NCBI GenBank assembly: GCA_963817895.1
Contig: CAWFQB010000011.1
Span: 1 to 64,000, forward strand
DNA length: 64,000 bases
Source: an uncultured Chthonomonadaceae bacterium
GTDB taxonomy: Bacteria > Armatimonadota > Chthonomonadetes > Chthonomonadales > Chthonomonadaceae
Direction: 5' to 3'
Below the pieces are notes generated by a model. That model searched no databases. It worked only from the letters and a program-made list of their open reading frames with translations, and was not told the origin of the DNA. Each line of letters starts with the position of its first letter. Position 1 is the stretch's first letter. Shown here piece after piece: positions 51,810 through 64,000 of the stretch. The position numbers and the translations under genes are program-made.

Positions 51810-54197
51810 ATGCATAGACGAGATTTTTTAAAAGCGGGAATCGGAGCGGCAACCATGCTTGGAGCGGGAAGCAGTTTGGAAGCCGCCACTGCGGAAACAC
51901 ATTCGTTCGAAGCGCAGGCGAAACGCGAAGATACAGCCGCCGCGCCTTTGCTGTTGTGGTATGACCGACCGGCGGCGCAATGGCTGGAAGCGCTGCCGAT
52001 TGGCAACGGGCGGTTGGGCGCAATGGTATACGGAGGAATCGACAAAGAGGCCCTGCAATTAAACGAAAGCACGCTATGGGCAGGTGGTCCGCACGATTAT
52101 GACAGCCCGGAAGCCCTTGCCGCCCTCCCCGAAATACGCCGATTGGTTCTGGCCGGGGAGTGGAAGGCCGCGCAGGACAAAGTGAACGCGCATTTTATGG
52201 GGCGTCCCACCGGACAGGCGCAATATCAGACAATCGGCAATCTTGTCCTTGAGTTTGGCGTAAATTCCGGCGTCACGCAGTACCGGCGGCAGCTTGATAT
52301 GGATACGGCGATTGTCGCCACTTCCTATGTTGCCAATGGCGTTCGCTACACGCGGGAAGCATTTGTCAGCGTACCCGATCAGGTAATCGTATTGCGGCTA
52401 ACGGCGGATAAGCCCGGACAAATCGCGTTCACACTCGCGTTCGCCAGTCCACAGCAAAGCCATATCAGCGCGGGAACCGATAACACGCTGATACTGGATG
52501 GAATGGGGAGTGAAGCGCACTCCCAACCGGAGCGGGTGAAATTTCAAGCGGGGGCGCGAATCGCGGCGGAGGGCGGGCAGGTTACGGAGGAGAACAGTAG
52601 TCTGCGCGTATCAGGCGCGGATGCGGTCACGATTTTGATTTCCATCGGCAGCAGCTACCGCAATTATAACGACATCAGTGGAGATCCGGCGAAGGAAGCG
52701 GAAAAACATCTCACGGCTGCGGCTCACAAATCCTATGCTGCGCTGAAACGCGCGCATTTGGCGGACTATCAACCCCGTTTTCGCCGGTTTGCAATCCATC
52801 TGAGCGCGTCCGATATTTCCAATCGCCCGACCGACGCGCGGGTTCGTTCCTTCGCGCAGGACAACGACCCCGCTTTGCCCGCTTTGTATTGCCAGTATGG
52901 ACGGTATCTGCTGCTGTCCTGTTCGCGTCCCGGCGGGCAGCCCGCCACTTTGCAGGGATTGTGGAACGACAGTCTGAACCCGCCCTGGGGATCGAAATAC
53001 ACAATTAACATCAACACGGAAATGAACTATTGGCCTGCCGGTCCCGCCAATCTGCTGGAATGTTACGCGCCTCTTTTCGATATGCTGCGCGATTTATCCC
53101 AAACCGGCGCGAAAACAGCGCAAGCGCACTATGGCGCAGGCGGCTGGGTGTGTCACCATAACACCAATGCCTGGCGCGGCTCGGCTCCGGTGGACGGCGC
53201 GTTCTGGGGAATGTGGCCGACGGGCGGAGCCTGGCTGTGCAAAAGCATCTGGGATCATTACGAGTTTACGGGCGACAAAACCGCGCTGCAAAAGCACTAC
53301 CCGCTGATGAAGGGCGCGGCGCAGTTCTTTCTGGACGCGCTGATTGAAGAGCCGACGCGCAAGTGGCTTGTGACGTGCCCCTCCATCTCGCCAGAAAACG
53401 CGCACCATCCCGACGCCAGTATTTGCGCCGGTCCGACAATGGATAACCAGATTCTTCGGGATTTGTTCGACGCCTGTATCAAGGCGTCGGAAATTCTGAA
53501 CCGCGATGCAGACTTTCGGGAGCAGGTGAAAGCAACGCGGGCGCGATTGGCTCCCATGCAGGTCGGCAGTCAGGGGCAATTGCAGGAGTGGCTGGAGGAT
53601 TGGGACAAACGCGCCCCGGAAACGCACCACCGGCACGTTTCGCATCTGTACGGCCTGTATCCGAGCGATCAAATCACGCGCCGAAATACGCCCGAACTGT
53701 TTGCCGCCGCCCGCAAATCGCTCGAAACGCGGGGCGATGAGAGTACGGGTTGGGCAATGGCATGGCGCATCAATCTGTGGGCGCGACTGGAAGACGGCAA
53801 CCATGCGTACAAACTCATTGCTGGCCTGCTCACGCCCGCCCGAACCGCGCCCAACATGTTCGACCTGCATCCGCCGTTCCAGATTGACGGCAACTTCGGC
53901 GGCGCGTCCGGCATCCTTGAAATGCTGATCCAATCGCACAGCGGGGAATTGCATCTCCTCCCCGCCCTGCCGACCGCATGGCCGAAGGGACACCTGCGCG
54001 GCCTGCTGGCGCGAAACGGCTTTGAAGTGGAAATGGAGTGGGCGGAAGGCAAACTGCGCGAAGCCGTTATTCTCTCCCGACTTGGCAAGCCGTGTACAGT
54101 ACGTTGCGGCGAACACGCGCAAACCTTCCCGACAAAGGCAGGCCGCGCGTACCATCTGGATGCCGCCCTCACCATGCGCGAACAGGCGCATACTTAA
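51810..54197 (+). CDS. GH95 alpha-L-fucosidase-like glycoside hydrolase, Tat-exported
   Basis: MHRRDFLK; WLEALPIGNGRLGAM, YGRYLLLS, YTININTEMNYW, HRHVSHL, HPPFQIDGNFG. Confidence 0.95.
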   Translation: MHRRDFLKAGIGAATMLGAGSSLEAATAETHSFEAQAKREDTAAAPLLLWYDRPAAQWLEALPIGNGRLGAMVYGGIDKEALQLNESTLWAGGPHDYDSPEALAALPEIRRLVLAGEWKAAQDKVNAHFMGRPTGQAQYQTIGNLVLEFGVNSGVTQYRRQLDMDTAIVATSYVANGVRYTREAFVSVPDQVIVLRLTADKPGQIAFTLAFASPQQSHISAGTDNTLILDGMGSEAHSQPERVKFQAGARIAAEGGQVTEENSSLRVSGADAVTILISIGSSYRNYNDISGDPAKEAEKHLTAAAHKSYAALKRAHLADYQPRFRRFAIHLSASDISNRPTDARVRSFAQDNDPALPALYCQYGRYLLLSCSRPGGQPATLQGLWNDSLNPPWGSKYTININTEMNYWPAGPANLLECYAPLFDMLRDLSQTGAKTAQAHYGAGGWVCHHNTNAWRGSAPVDGAFWGMWPTGGAWLCKSIWDHYEFTGDKTALQKHYPLMKGAAQFFLDALIEEPTRKWLVTCPSISPENAHHPDASICAGPTMDNQILRDLFDACIKASEILNRDADFREQVKATRARLAPMQVGSQGQLQEWLEDWDKRAPETHHRHVSHLYGLYPSDQITRRNTPELFAAARKSLETRGDESTGWAMAWRINLWARLEDGNHAYKLIAGLLTPARTAPNMFDLHPPFQIDGNFGGASGILEMLIQSHSGELHLLPALPTAWPKGHLRGLLARNGFEVEMEWAEGKLREAVILSRLGKPCTVRCGEHAQTFPTKAGRAYHLDAALTMREQAHT

Positions 54198-54234
54198 ATT
54201 GCTATCGGCCGCGTTAAGGAGAAAAGAGAAGAGT

Positions 54235-54358
54235 TAGCCGCGCATGAACGCGAATACACGCAAATAGGATTGGAGGCAGGGTTTGCAGTCCTGTCCATCC
54301 TGAACAATCCTGTCTATTCTGGATTGTATTCGCGTTCATTCGCGTTCATTCGCGGCTA
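54235..54358. repeat. Inverted pair of GAACGCGAAT repeats between convergent genes
   Basis: Arms 54235-54266 and 54327-54358. Confidence 0.85.
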
Positions 54359-54369
54359 CCTTGTATGGC

Positions 54370-56447
54370 CTACTTGGCGAGCAGGTCTTTGGCGGTCTGC
54401 ACCACCTGCTCGACGGTGAAGCCGAACTTCTTTTGCAGCTCTTTGAGCGGGGCGGACGCGCCAAAGGTTTTCATGCCGATGGCTTTGCCGCTGCGTCCCA
54501 CATAGCGTTCCCAACCGAACGTGCCTGCCTGCTCGATGGAGATACGCGCGCCACTCCGGGCGGCAGGACGGCTTCGCGGTAGGTGTCTTCCTGATCCTCG
54601 AACAGTTCCCACGAGGGCATACTGACGACTCGCGCCTTGATGCCTTCGGCCTTCAACTGCTCGAACGCGGCCACCGCCAAACCCACTTCGCTGCCGCTTG
54701 CCATGAGCAGCACGTCCGGCAGTTCGCCCGGAGTGGTGTCGGCAAGGATGTACGCGCCCTTCGCCACGCCCGCCGCGCCCGCATACACGGTTCGGTCCAG
54801 GGTGGGGCAGTTTTGACGGCTCAGAATCAGGGCGGTGGGCTGATGCCGCAACTGCATGATGATTTTCCACGACTCGACAACCTCATTGGCGTCGCCGGGG
54901 CGCAGGGTAATCAGGCCGGGAACGGATCGCAAACTCGCAAGCTGCTCAATCGGCTGATGGGTCGGCCCGTCCTCGCCCACGCCAATACTGTCGTGCGTGA
55001 AAACGTGGATGGTCGGCAGTTCCATCAGGGAACTCAGGCGAATGGCGGGGCGGGCATAGTCGCTGAAAATCAGGAAGCCGGAACCGTAGGGCCGGACTTT
55101 GCACAGCGACAGGCCGTTCAAAATCGCGCCCATCGCGTGTTCGCGGATACCGAAGTGCATGTTGCGCCCGCCGCGTTCCGTTGCGGAAAAGTCGCCCGCG
55201 CCCTCGAAGGTCAGGCGGGTTTTGGTGGACGGGGCTAAATCCGCTGAGCCGCCAATCAGCCAGGGAACATTCTTCGCCAGCGCGTTCAAAACCTTGCCGG
55301 AACTGTCGCGTCCCGCCACGCCCTTTTCATCGGCAGGAAACGTCGGCAAATCCTTGTCCCAATCGTTGGGCAATTCCCGGTGCTGCATTTTGTAGAGTTC
55401 ATCGGCCAGCTCGGGATAGGCCGCGCTGTACTGCTCGAATTTCGCCATCCAGCCGTCGCGCAATGATTTGCCTCTGGCCCCAATTCCCGCCCTGAATTCC
55501 GCCCTCACCTCGTCGGGAACCAGAAACTTCGCGTCTTCCGGCCAGCCGTAGTTGCGCTTGGTCAGGCGAATCTCCTCCTCGCCCAACGGTTCGCCGTGCG
55601 CCGCGCTTGTGTCCTGCTTGTTGGGCGCGCCATACGCGATATGGCTGTCCACAACAATAAATGTGGGCCGGTCGTTGGTGTTCTTGAACGTGTTCAGCGC
55701 GTCTTCCAGCATTTGCAGGTTGTTGGCGTCATGCACGCGAATCACGTTCCAGCCGTAGCCCGCGAACCGCGCGCCGACATCCTCGCTGAACGACAGGGAC
55801 GTGTTGCCCTCGATGCTGATGTGGTTGTTGTCATAAATCCAGCACAAGTTGGGCAGTTTGAGATGCGCGGCCAGCGAAGCGGCCTCCCCGGATATGCCCT
55901 CCTGCATGTCGCCGTCGCCGCACAGCGCGTACACGTTGTAATCGAACATCGTATAGTCGGGCTTGTTGAACTGATCCGCCATCCACTGTCCGGCAATCGC
56001 CATGCCCACGCTTGTCGCCACGCCCTGACCGAGCGGGCCGGTCGTGGATTCCACGCCCGAAGTCCAGCGGTATTCCGGGTGTCCGGGGCATTTGCTGTCC
56101 AGTTGCCGGAACCTCTTAATGTCGTCCAGCGTGACGGAGGGTTCGCCGATCTGCTCGTACTTGGCGTTGACCGATTTCACTTCCGTCAGGTGCAGAATCG
56201 AGTACAGCAGCATGGAAGCGTGGCCGATGGACAGGATAAAGCGGTCGCGGTTGGGCCAGATGGGGTCTTCCGGGTCGAAGCGCAGATGCTTCTGCCACAA
56301 TTCGTACATCACCGGGGCCATTGCCATCGCGGTTCCGGGATGCCCGGAATTGGCCTGCTGCACCGCGTCCATAGACAGAGTGCGAATAGTATTGATGCAA
56401 AGCTGTTCGTTCGCCGGGGTTACGGCGGGTATTTCCAAAGTCGTCAT
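54370..56447 (-). CDS. tkt: Transketolase (frameshift near 54550)
   Basis: [59 protein letters not shown]. Confidence 0.97.
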
Positions 56448-56700
56448 CGTGTGTCCTCCTGAAGGCAGGTTGTTAGTTGTTAGGTCGTTAGGTTGTTAGG
56501 TGAATAGGATGTCATTCTCCTTTTCTCCTCTTCTCCTTTTCTCCCCTTCTGCCTGTAATTGTAGCGGTTTTTGAAAACAGGGTCAATGCACATAACCGGC
56601 GAAACGGGTAAAAAGTGCGCGGGTGTTACAAAATTCTCATTAAATTCTCATAATTTGTAACTTCGGGCGTGTTGTTACGTGTTCGGCGGCGGTTCGCGCT

Positions 56701-56850
56701 TAACAGCATCGAAAAAACTTCTGAATTTGTGAAAAATCACCCGCAACTTGCTATTATGCCCGCTTCAAATCGGTTATAATGCGCGTAAGCCGGTAATCGA
56801 ACCGGCATATTCTATTTCTGCACACTTGGGGTAATTTCCTATGTCACTCT
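56701..56850 (+). promoter_or_regulatory. Conserved promoter/leader, paralogous to 63490-63640
   Basis: Identical ACCCGCAACTTGCTATTATGC (56739-56759), 15 nt, then TATAAT (56775-56780); the downstream leader is also alignable. Confidence 0.8.
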
Positions 56851-56948
56851 AATGTTTTGAAACAAGCAAAGTTGGCATAGCCCTGCGTCCACCACAATGT
56901 TTCGCTTGTTGCCAACGCGAATTCTTCTCATTGAAAGGAGAACCGTTA

Positions 56949-59149
<2,201 letters not shown>

Positions 59150-59290
59150 CTTTTAAGACAGTTGCTTCTCCCTGATGCCCTCTCTGCGTTCGGAGGGAGA
59201 AGGGAGCGAAGGCGGAAGATGAGCGCGTTAATTACAAACTTTATGAACCTGTTCATCTTTCATTTCACAGGCAAAACTACCACACTCACT

Positions 59291-59335
59291 CCCTTCTCCC
59301 TGTCCGCGCAGCGGACGAATCAGGGAGAAGGGCCA
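59291..59335. repeat. REP-like hairpin containing an empty copy of the IS110 target
   Basis: cccttctccctg...cagggagaaggg; minus strand 59319-59335 reads TGGCCCTTCTCCCTGAT. Confidence 0.8.
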
Positions 59336-59477
59336 TCCATTGAGGGTACAAACTCCCGGTTCCACTGCGGCTGTAATGTAAAGCAGGCAAAGTTTACGCC
59401 GTTTCGGTTCTTACCTGCGCCAAGACTATGTTTTGTGTTGCCGTCCAGAACGCGCCACAACCGCATCACGAATATTC

Positions 59478-59519
59478 AGCAAGCCGATAGCGAAGCATAT
59501 TCGTTATCGGCTTGCTTTT
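59478..59519 (+). terminator. Hairpin followed by a T tract
   Basis: agcaagccgatagcgaa-gcata-ttcgttatcggcttgct-ttt. Confidence 0.6.
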
Positions 59520-59635
59520 GTCCGCGCATTTCTAATGCGCGGCCTTCTTACGGCCTCGTTGGAGTTGAGGTATAATTAAGATGTATGGAAGAACCCGATC
59601 AGGAATGAAGCAATATCATAACAGGAGAGGAAATC

Positions 59636-59848
59636 ATGGCAGACACGACAACAGAGCAAATCCTTGAAACATCGCGCCCCGAAACGCCCCCACGCGACTC
59701 GTTCATCACGCCGGAAATGATTGCCAGAAACCCGGTTCTCGCTGCCGCCGGAATGTTCGCCGGTGATCCGCTGTGGCAGGAGGTGCGCGAAGATATCAAG
59801 CGCAACCGTGAGCGTGTCCGTCTGGAGGAAGAGCAGGCGGAAAAGTGA
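59636..59848 (+). CDS. Probable antitoxin of a PIN-toxin module
   Basis: AGGAGAGG RBS; AGMFAGDPLWQEVREDIKRNR; GTGA overlap with a PIN stub. Confidence 0.7.
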   Translation: MADTTTEQILETSRPETPPRDSFITPEMIARNPVLAAAGMFAGDPLWQEVREDIKRNRERVRLEEEQAEK

Positions 59849-59880
59849 CGATCTACTTGCTCGATACCGATACATTCTAA
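59845..59880 (+). pseudogene. Truncated VapC/PIN toxin stub
   Basis: MTIYLLDTDTF*, the canonical PIN N-terminal strand with the first acidic residue. Confidence 0.7.
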
Positions 59881-61840
59881 CTGCTCATTCCGTCGCGTCC
59901 GTGTCTTCATTCTCCGCCAGTTTCCGCGAAATCGCGTCTATTTCTTGCTGCGCCTCATTCGCGTCCTCCTGCCTGCCCATCAGCCGGTACAAATCCGCAA
60001 GGGCTTTGAGGTCGGATACGTATTCAGAATAAATTTTCCCGCCTACCCTGATGTCTTCCGCAAGCGTCTTCTTGTAGTATTCTTCCGCCAGAGTGAGTTG
60101 GTTCGCGTCTTTGTAGAAGTCCGCGATATTGTAAAGCGTGATGGCGGTTCGGGGATGCCCCTGCGGATAGGCGGCCATCTGAATCTCCAGAGCCGTTTTG
60201 TAACACTCCTCCGCTTCCGGGCGTTGCATTTTTCGATATGTCTGCGCCAGGTCGTGCCAGGTGTCGGCAGGGTGGGGATGGTTTCCAATGCTATACTCCG
60301 CCCAATACGCCAGCGTCGCGTTGTACCATTGCGCCGCTTCGGGAAGATGCCCCTGCCAGTAGAAGGACATGCCGAGGTTGTGGCGGATGACGGCCTTCTG
60401 ATACGGGTTTGTGACGCTTGCGCCGTCCGCGCGGATGGCTTCCGCTCTTTCCAGCAGTTCAAGATAGATGCTTTCCGCCTGTGGATACCGTTGTCGGCTG
60501 TTATAAACCGCTGCAAGATCGTTGTAAACGCGCAGGGTTTCCGTGTCGTTTTCGGCGGAATGTTGTTGTCGGATTGTCAGCGCCCGTTCCAGCAATTCCT
60601 GCGCCTCCTCCAGCTTGTGTTGATGATGGCAGACGTTGCCCAGATGGTGCAGGCTGACGGCGAAATCAAGGAGATATTGGAAATCAAGGGGATGTTCGGC
60701 GGCAAGTGTTTCTCGTACCGTCAGCGCGTAACGCGCATACAACGCGGCCTGCGCATAGCGGCCCTGAGTCATTAAGAATTCGCCCAGATAGCAGAGCAGC
60801 CGTCCGGCTTGCCGCGTCGCCAATTCCTTCTGCCGAACCATGTCCGCGACGGCAATGGCGTGAGGCAGAAGACGTTCGCACTTTTGCCAGTTTTCCGCTT
60901 CCGGGATGGGGAATGCGCTGTCAATCACCCGTACTGTTTTCTCCAGCCATTCCCGCTTCTGGTTGCCCAACCGGTCGGCGACAGCCATCTGCACCATGCG
61001 GTGAATGTTGAACCGGGGCGGCGGTTCCAGGTTTTTCGTGACAAGCGAGTATTGAACCAGCGGCAGCAGCAGACTGTGGTAGATTTCCTCATCCTCCACG
61101 CCACAAAAGTCCGTTTTTTCCTCGCCGTTTTGTGGCTGCGCAAGCAAGGCGTAGAGTGGCAGGCAATACTCCTTTGCGCCCGCTAAAACTAAGTCGCAGG
61201 GAATATCGTCCGCGCCGATAAATGCGCAGAAGTTAAGCAGGTCTTGCGCATACGCGCCTGGTCGTCCCGTTCCCCGTTCCGTTTCCAGCGCCAGAAAGTT
61301 CATCTCCCATGTGGCGCGTATGGAAATCAGGTAGTTTGCGCCGGGAACACCACCCGATTCATCCAACAGGGCAAGTCTCCGCGCCCGGTAAAGTTCCAGG
61401 TAGTGCGCGAAGCCGGTTTGCCGGTGAGCGATATACGCGGCGGCATGCGCCATCGCCAGAGGCAGATAATCGAGTTCTCTGGCGAGGTCAGCCGCCGATG
61501 AGCGCGCTTTTTCGTTCGCATTGAGGAAATTGCATCTCTGAAGGAAAAATTGCAGGGACGCTTCTTCGGATAGTTTTTCCAACAACAATGGCGCATGAAT
61601 GTTGAGGTGGCCTAAGTCATGCGCCCGCGTCGTCAGCAGCACATGTCCCGGCGGGTTGCGCGGAAGATACTTGCCCAAAAATTCCGGCGTGTCGGCATTG
61701 TCCATAACGAGCAGCCAATTGTTGTGATTGGCAAGCCAGTTCAGAAACGCCGCGATTGCTTTTGCCTGTTCCTCCTGTTTGCGCGCGGCGGCCTCCTCTT
61801 CTGTTTGCGAGTTTGCCTGTGTCCGCGTCTGATTTTTAAT

Positions 61841-62904
61841 AGATACTCCGACAAATAGTATATAGGCTGTTTTGAGGCAGGCTAGCGCTCAGGTGGAGCA
61901 GACACACTCCACCCGTCGAAAACCCTTTTTCCGCGTTTACTTTTCCCGGCTTACGCGCCTTGCGGCTCGCGTGTCAGCGCGATCAATTGCACCAGACCCA
62001 CCACACAGAAGCAAGTGCGACGGAACAATCCCGTCGCCAGACGATATTCATCACGCACCATCCGAAACGCTTTGACGCGCCGGATACTATGTTCGACACG
62101 CACACGCCCTGAGGAAAAGGCGCGGTTCTCTTCTTTCTGCACAGCGCTCAACGCGCCTCCGCGTGGCTTCTTGTGCGGCACTTCGCTGTGGGGTAAGCCT
62201 TGATAGGCCAGATCGCCTTTGACCGTCGCATGGGGAAACTGCTTGGCAACCGTACTCTGCTCATGCACTTTCTTGTCCGACTTCGGGCCGCGATAGCCCG
62301 CATCCACATCAAGAATGTCGCCATTGCGGTTGGTGATGACCTCGGTCTTGAGCGTGTGGTCTTTCTTCTTGCCCGAGTAGAAGGCGCGTTGCTTGGGTTC
62401 AATCGAGGGACGCGGAACCGGCGTCTCGAAACTATCCACAATCACCTGATCCACCTCCTCGGGCTTCCAGGAGGGTTCTTTCTTGGTCCAGCGTTTCTCC
62501 GCTTCCCAGCGGTTGGCCGGACACACGTCTTTGAGGACGCCGACAATCTCATGGAAGGTGTTCTCCGCCACATCGGCGCTGACGCCAAACAGCATGCCCA
62601 CCACAGAGAAGGCGACGTTGTGGCGCAGGTACAGCAGCGTCAGCAACACTTCCTGGTAGGGCTTGAGCAGGCGTTTGCGGCCGCCTCCCACCTTGCGGCG
62701 GCGCGTGGGCTTGTTGGCCTGTTCTTGTTGGCGACGGCGCTCGATTTCGGGAAGCGCTGCCAGGAAGAGTTCAGCTAAGGCGGCGTGGGGTAGTCCGAAG
62801 AGCGAACGGACTTTGTTTTCGGGATAGCGGCCAAGTTCGTGAAGGTTCATACGTCTATTCTACCCGCGCCAAGAATAAATCCAAACTTATTTGTCGGAGT
62901 ATCT
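61841..62904 (-). mobile_element. IS5-family-like (DDE_Tnp_4 type) insertion sequence with 17-bp TIRs and a 3-bp AAT target duplication
   Basis: AGATACTCCGACAAATA / TATTTGTCGGAGTATCT; AAT at 61838-61840 and 62905-62907. Confidence 0.92.
61951..62850 (-). CDS. DDE transposase (HTH_Tnp_4 + DDE_Tnp_4 type)
   Basis: GGGRKRLL, LLTLLYLRH, IVDSFE, YSGKKKDHTLK, GDLAYQG, RVRVEHSIRRVK. Confidence 0.93.
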   Translation of the reverse strand: MNLHELGRYPENKVRSLFGLPHAALAELFLAALPEIERRRQQEQANKPTRRRKVGGGRKRLLKPYQEVLLTLLYLRHNVAFSVVGMLFGVSADVAENTFHEIVGVLKDVCPANRWEAEKRWTKKEPSWKPEEVDQVIVDSFETPVPRPSIEPKQRAFYSGKKKDHTLKTEVITNRNGDILDVDAGYRGPKSDKKVHEQSTVAKQFPHATVKGDLAYQGLPHSEVPHKKPRGGALSAVQKEENRAFSSGRVRVEHSIRRVKAFRMVRDEYRLATGLFRRTCFCVVGLVQLIALTREPQGA

Positions 62905-63489
62905 AATCAGGTTAAGCGCGGCGGCAAATTCCGCATACCGATTTTGGACGCTCTCCTCCGTACCCGCCTGTATCCAGAAAACAGTCTCGTACTCGTTCCC
63001 GTATTGCAGGGCATACTTCAGGGCCAACTAAGTCTTGCCCATGCCGCCCAACGCTGAAACCGCCAGCTTGTGTTCTCCTGCCTGAAAGCGGTCATGAAGC
63101 CTCTGCAAGTCCTCTTCGCGCCCCTGAAAACATTGGAGTTCGTAGGGAAGCGGAAATTTTGGCGCCCTTGTTGAGGCCGGCTCTTGCAGAACATATTCAT
63201 AGTGCGCGTGTTCTTCGGGAGTGATTTCCCTCGGCGCTCTTCCCTCGCCAAATATATTGAAGATGCCTTCCAAATCCGTCAGGTTTGTTCGATAGGCGTC
63301 TTGTTCCCTTCGCAGTTTGCGCAGCGTGTTTTCCGTAATGCCCATACTCGCCGCAATCCATAAGTAAGTGGCCCCGGCGTCGCGCAGTCGCGTAATTTTC
63401 GCGTCCAGCATTTGCCACCCCGTCAGCGTCAGTTGTACCGTTCCCTGCCGCATTTCCGCTGTTTCGTTCTGCGTTCCGTCTGTGGTTTC

Positions 63490-63640
63490 TAACAGCATTA
63501 AAAATTCCTTAAAGTCTGCGAAAGTTACCCGCAACTTGCTATTATGCGTATTGGAAGTCGCTTATAATGTCTGCAATCTGGTTATTCAACGGGCATGTTG
63601 TAGTTCTGCATACTCGGTGAAATTTCCTACGCCACTTCTA
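63490..63640 (+). promoter_or_regulatory. Conserved promoter/leader, paralogous to 56701-56850
   Basis: ACCCGCAACTTGCTATTATGC (63527-63547), 15 nt, then TATAAT (63563-63568). Confidence 0.8.
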
Positions 63641-63662
63641 TCGTTTCAAAAGGAGAAAACCT

Positions 63663-64000
63663 ATGTTGCGCCGTGTTTGTCAAGCTGTGTGCGCTTCCTT
63701 TCTTTTGCTCGGCTTTACCCCGACAGCAAAAGCTCAACTCGCGCTAACCCCGGCTGGAATTGCTGCCGGATTTGGGTTGACAACCTTTGGTACAAACTTT
63801 AACAGCCCACTGGGTATTACATTCACGCCCGATGGCGGTGTTCTCCTCGTGGAAGGTCAGAAACTTTTACATTTTGCTACGGACACAGACGGGCAGACCC
63901 CGGCGACTGCCATCAACACAACCAGCTACTCGGGCGCAGCCCCGAAGGATCTGGCAACGGTTGGTGGAAAATACTACATGACTGAGTTTAGCTCTGGTTT
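63663..64000 (+). CDS. Secreted protein paralogous to the PEP-CTERM protein at 56949 (runs off window end)
   Basis: AAGGAG RBS; MLRRVCQ...AKAQLALTPAGIAAGFGLTTF...PLGITFTPDGGVL...TDTDGQ...VGGKYYMT. Confidence 0.85.
   Translation, partial: MLRRVCQAVCASFLLLGFTPTAKAQLALTPAGIAAGFGLTTFGTNFNSPLGITFTPDGGVLLVEGQKLLHFATDTDGQTPATAINTTSYSGAAPKDLATVGGKYYMTEFSSG

Larger units (their letters stand above)
59885..63498 (-). pseudogene. HTH-NB-ARC-TPR (STAND) protein interrupted by an IS and a nonsense codon
   Basis: HTH-like N-terminus, FQGREEDL, GGMGKT*LAL, WLLVMDNAD, LLTTR, LPLAMAHAAAYI, HRMVQ, kinesin-light-chain-like TPRs; frame is restored when the IS is removed. Confidence 0.88.

Noticed and set aside
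1..56447. Frameshifts in many genes (murB, proA, uvrB, tkt, DUF1501, DUF1553, ParDE and others) as pseudogenes or programmed frameshifting
   Set aside because: They hit essential and accessory genes alike, are scattered single-base indels and show no shared slippery motif. Long-read consensus error is the simplest explanation.
63028..63030. In-frame TAG as pyrrolysine or stop-codon recoding
   Set aside because: The gene is already IS-disrupted, TAG is used as a normal stop elsewhere in the window, and no pyl genes are present.

Overview
Bacterial chromosome window, GC-rich, most consistent with an Armatimonadota-like organism. This is an inference from the PEP-CTERM, DUF1501/DUF1549/DUF1553 and cyclase-STAND-TPR gene content, and was not checked against a database. 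Many genes, including core ones (murB, proA, uvrB, tkt), carry single-base frameshifts that look like uncorrected long-read errors, so genes are reported with their fragments joined. Housekeeping and metabolic content: tRNA-Gln(TTG), murB, proA, uvrB, tkt, dCTP deaminase, a ComEC-type MBL protein, four polysaccharide deacetylases and a cupin-Gfo/Idh/MocA-DHDPS-like-GH95 operon. Accessory content: two ParDE modules, two antitoxins next to truncated toxin stubs, a stand-alone McrB-like GTPase, a GNAT islet, two STAND NTPase-TPR genes and two IS elements. The strongest result is a complete IS110 (IS621-like) element at 57998-59166. Its non-coding left end reads as a bridge RNA whose loops match its own donor junction and its REP-like target, and an empty copy of that target lies about 150 bp away. 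Other notable signals are a cyclase-STAND-TPR gene bracketed by a duplicated comEC 5' end, a duplicated ~150-bp regulatory leader ahead of two paralogous secreted-protein genes, and several families of short-period palindromic repeats. Some of those repeats supply stop codons, and four of them form the linker inside the McrB-like gene.
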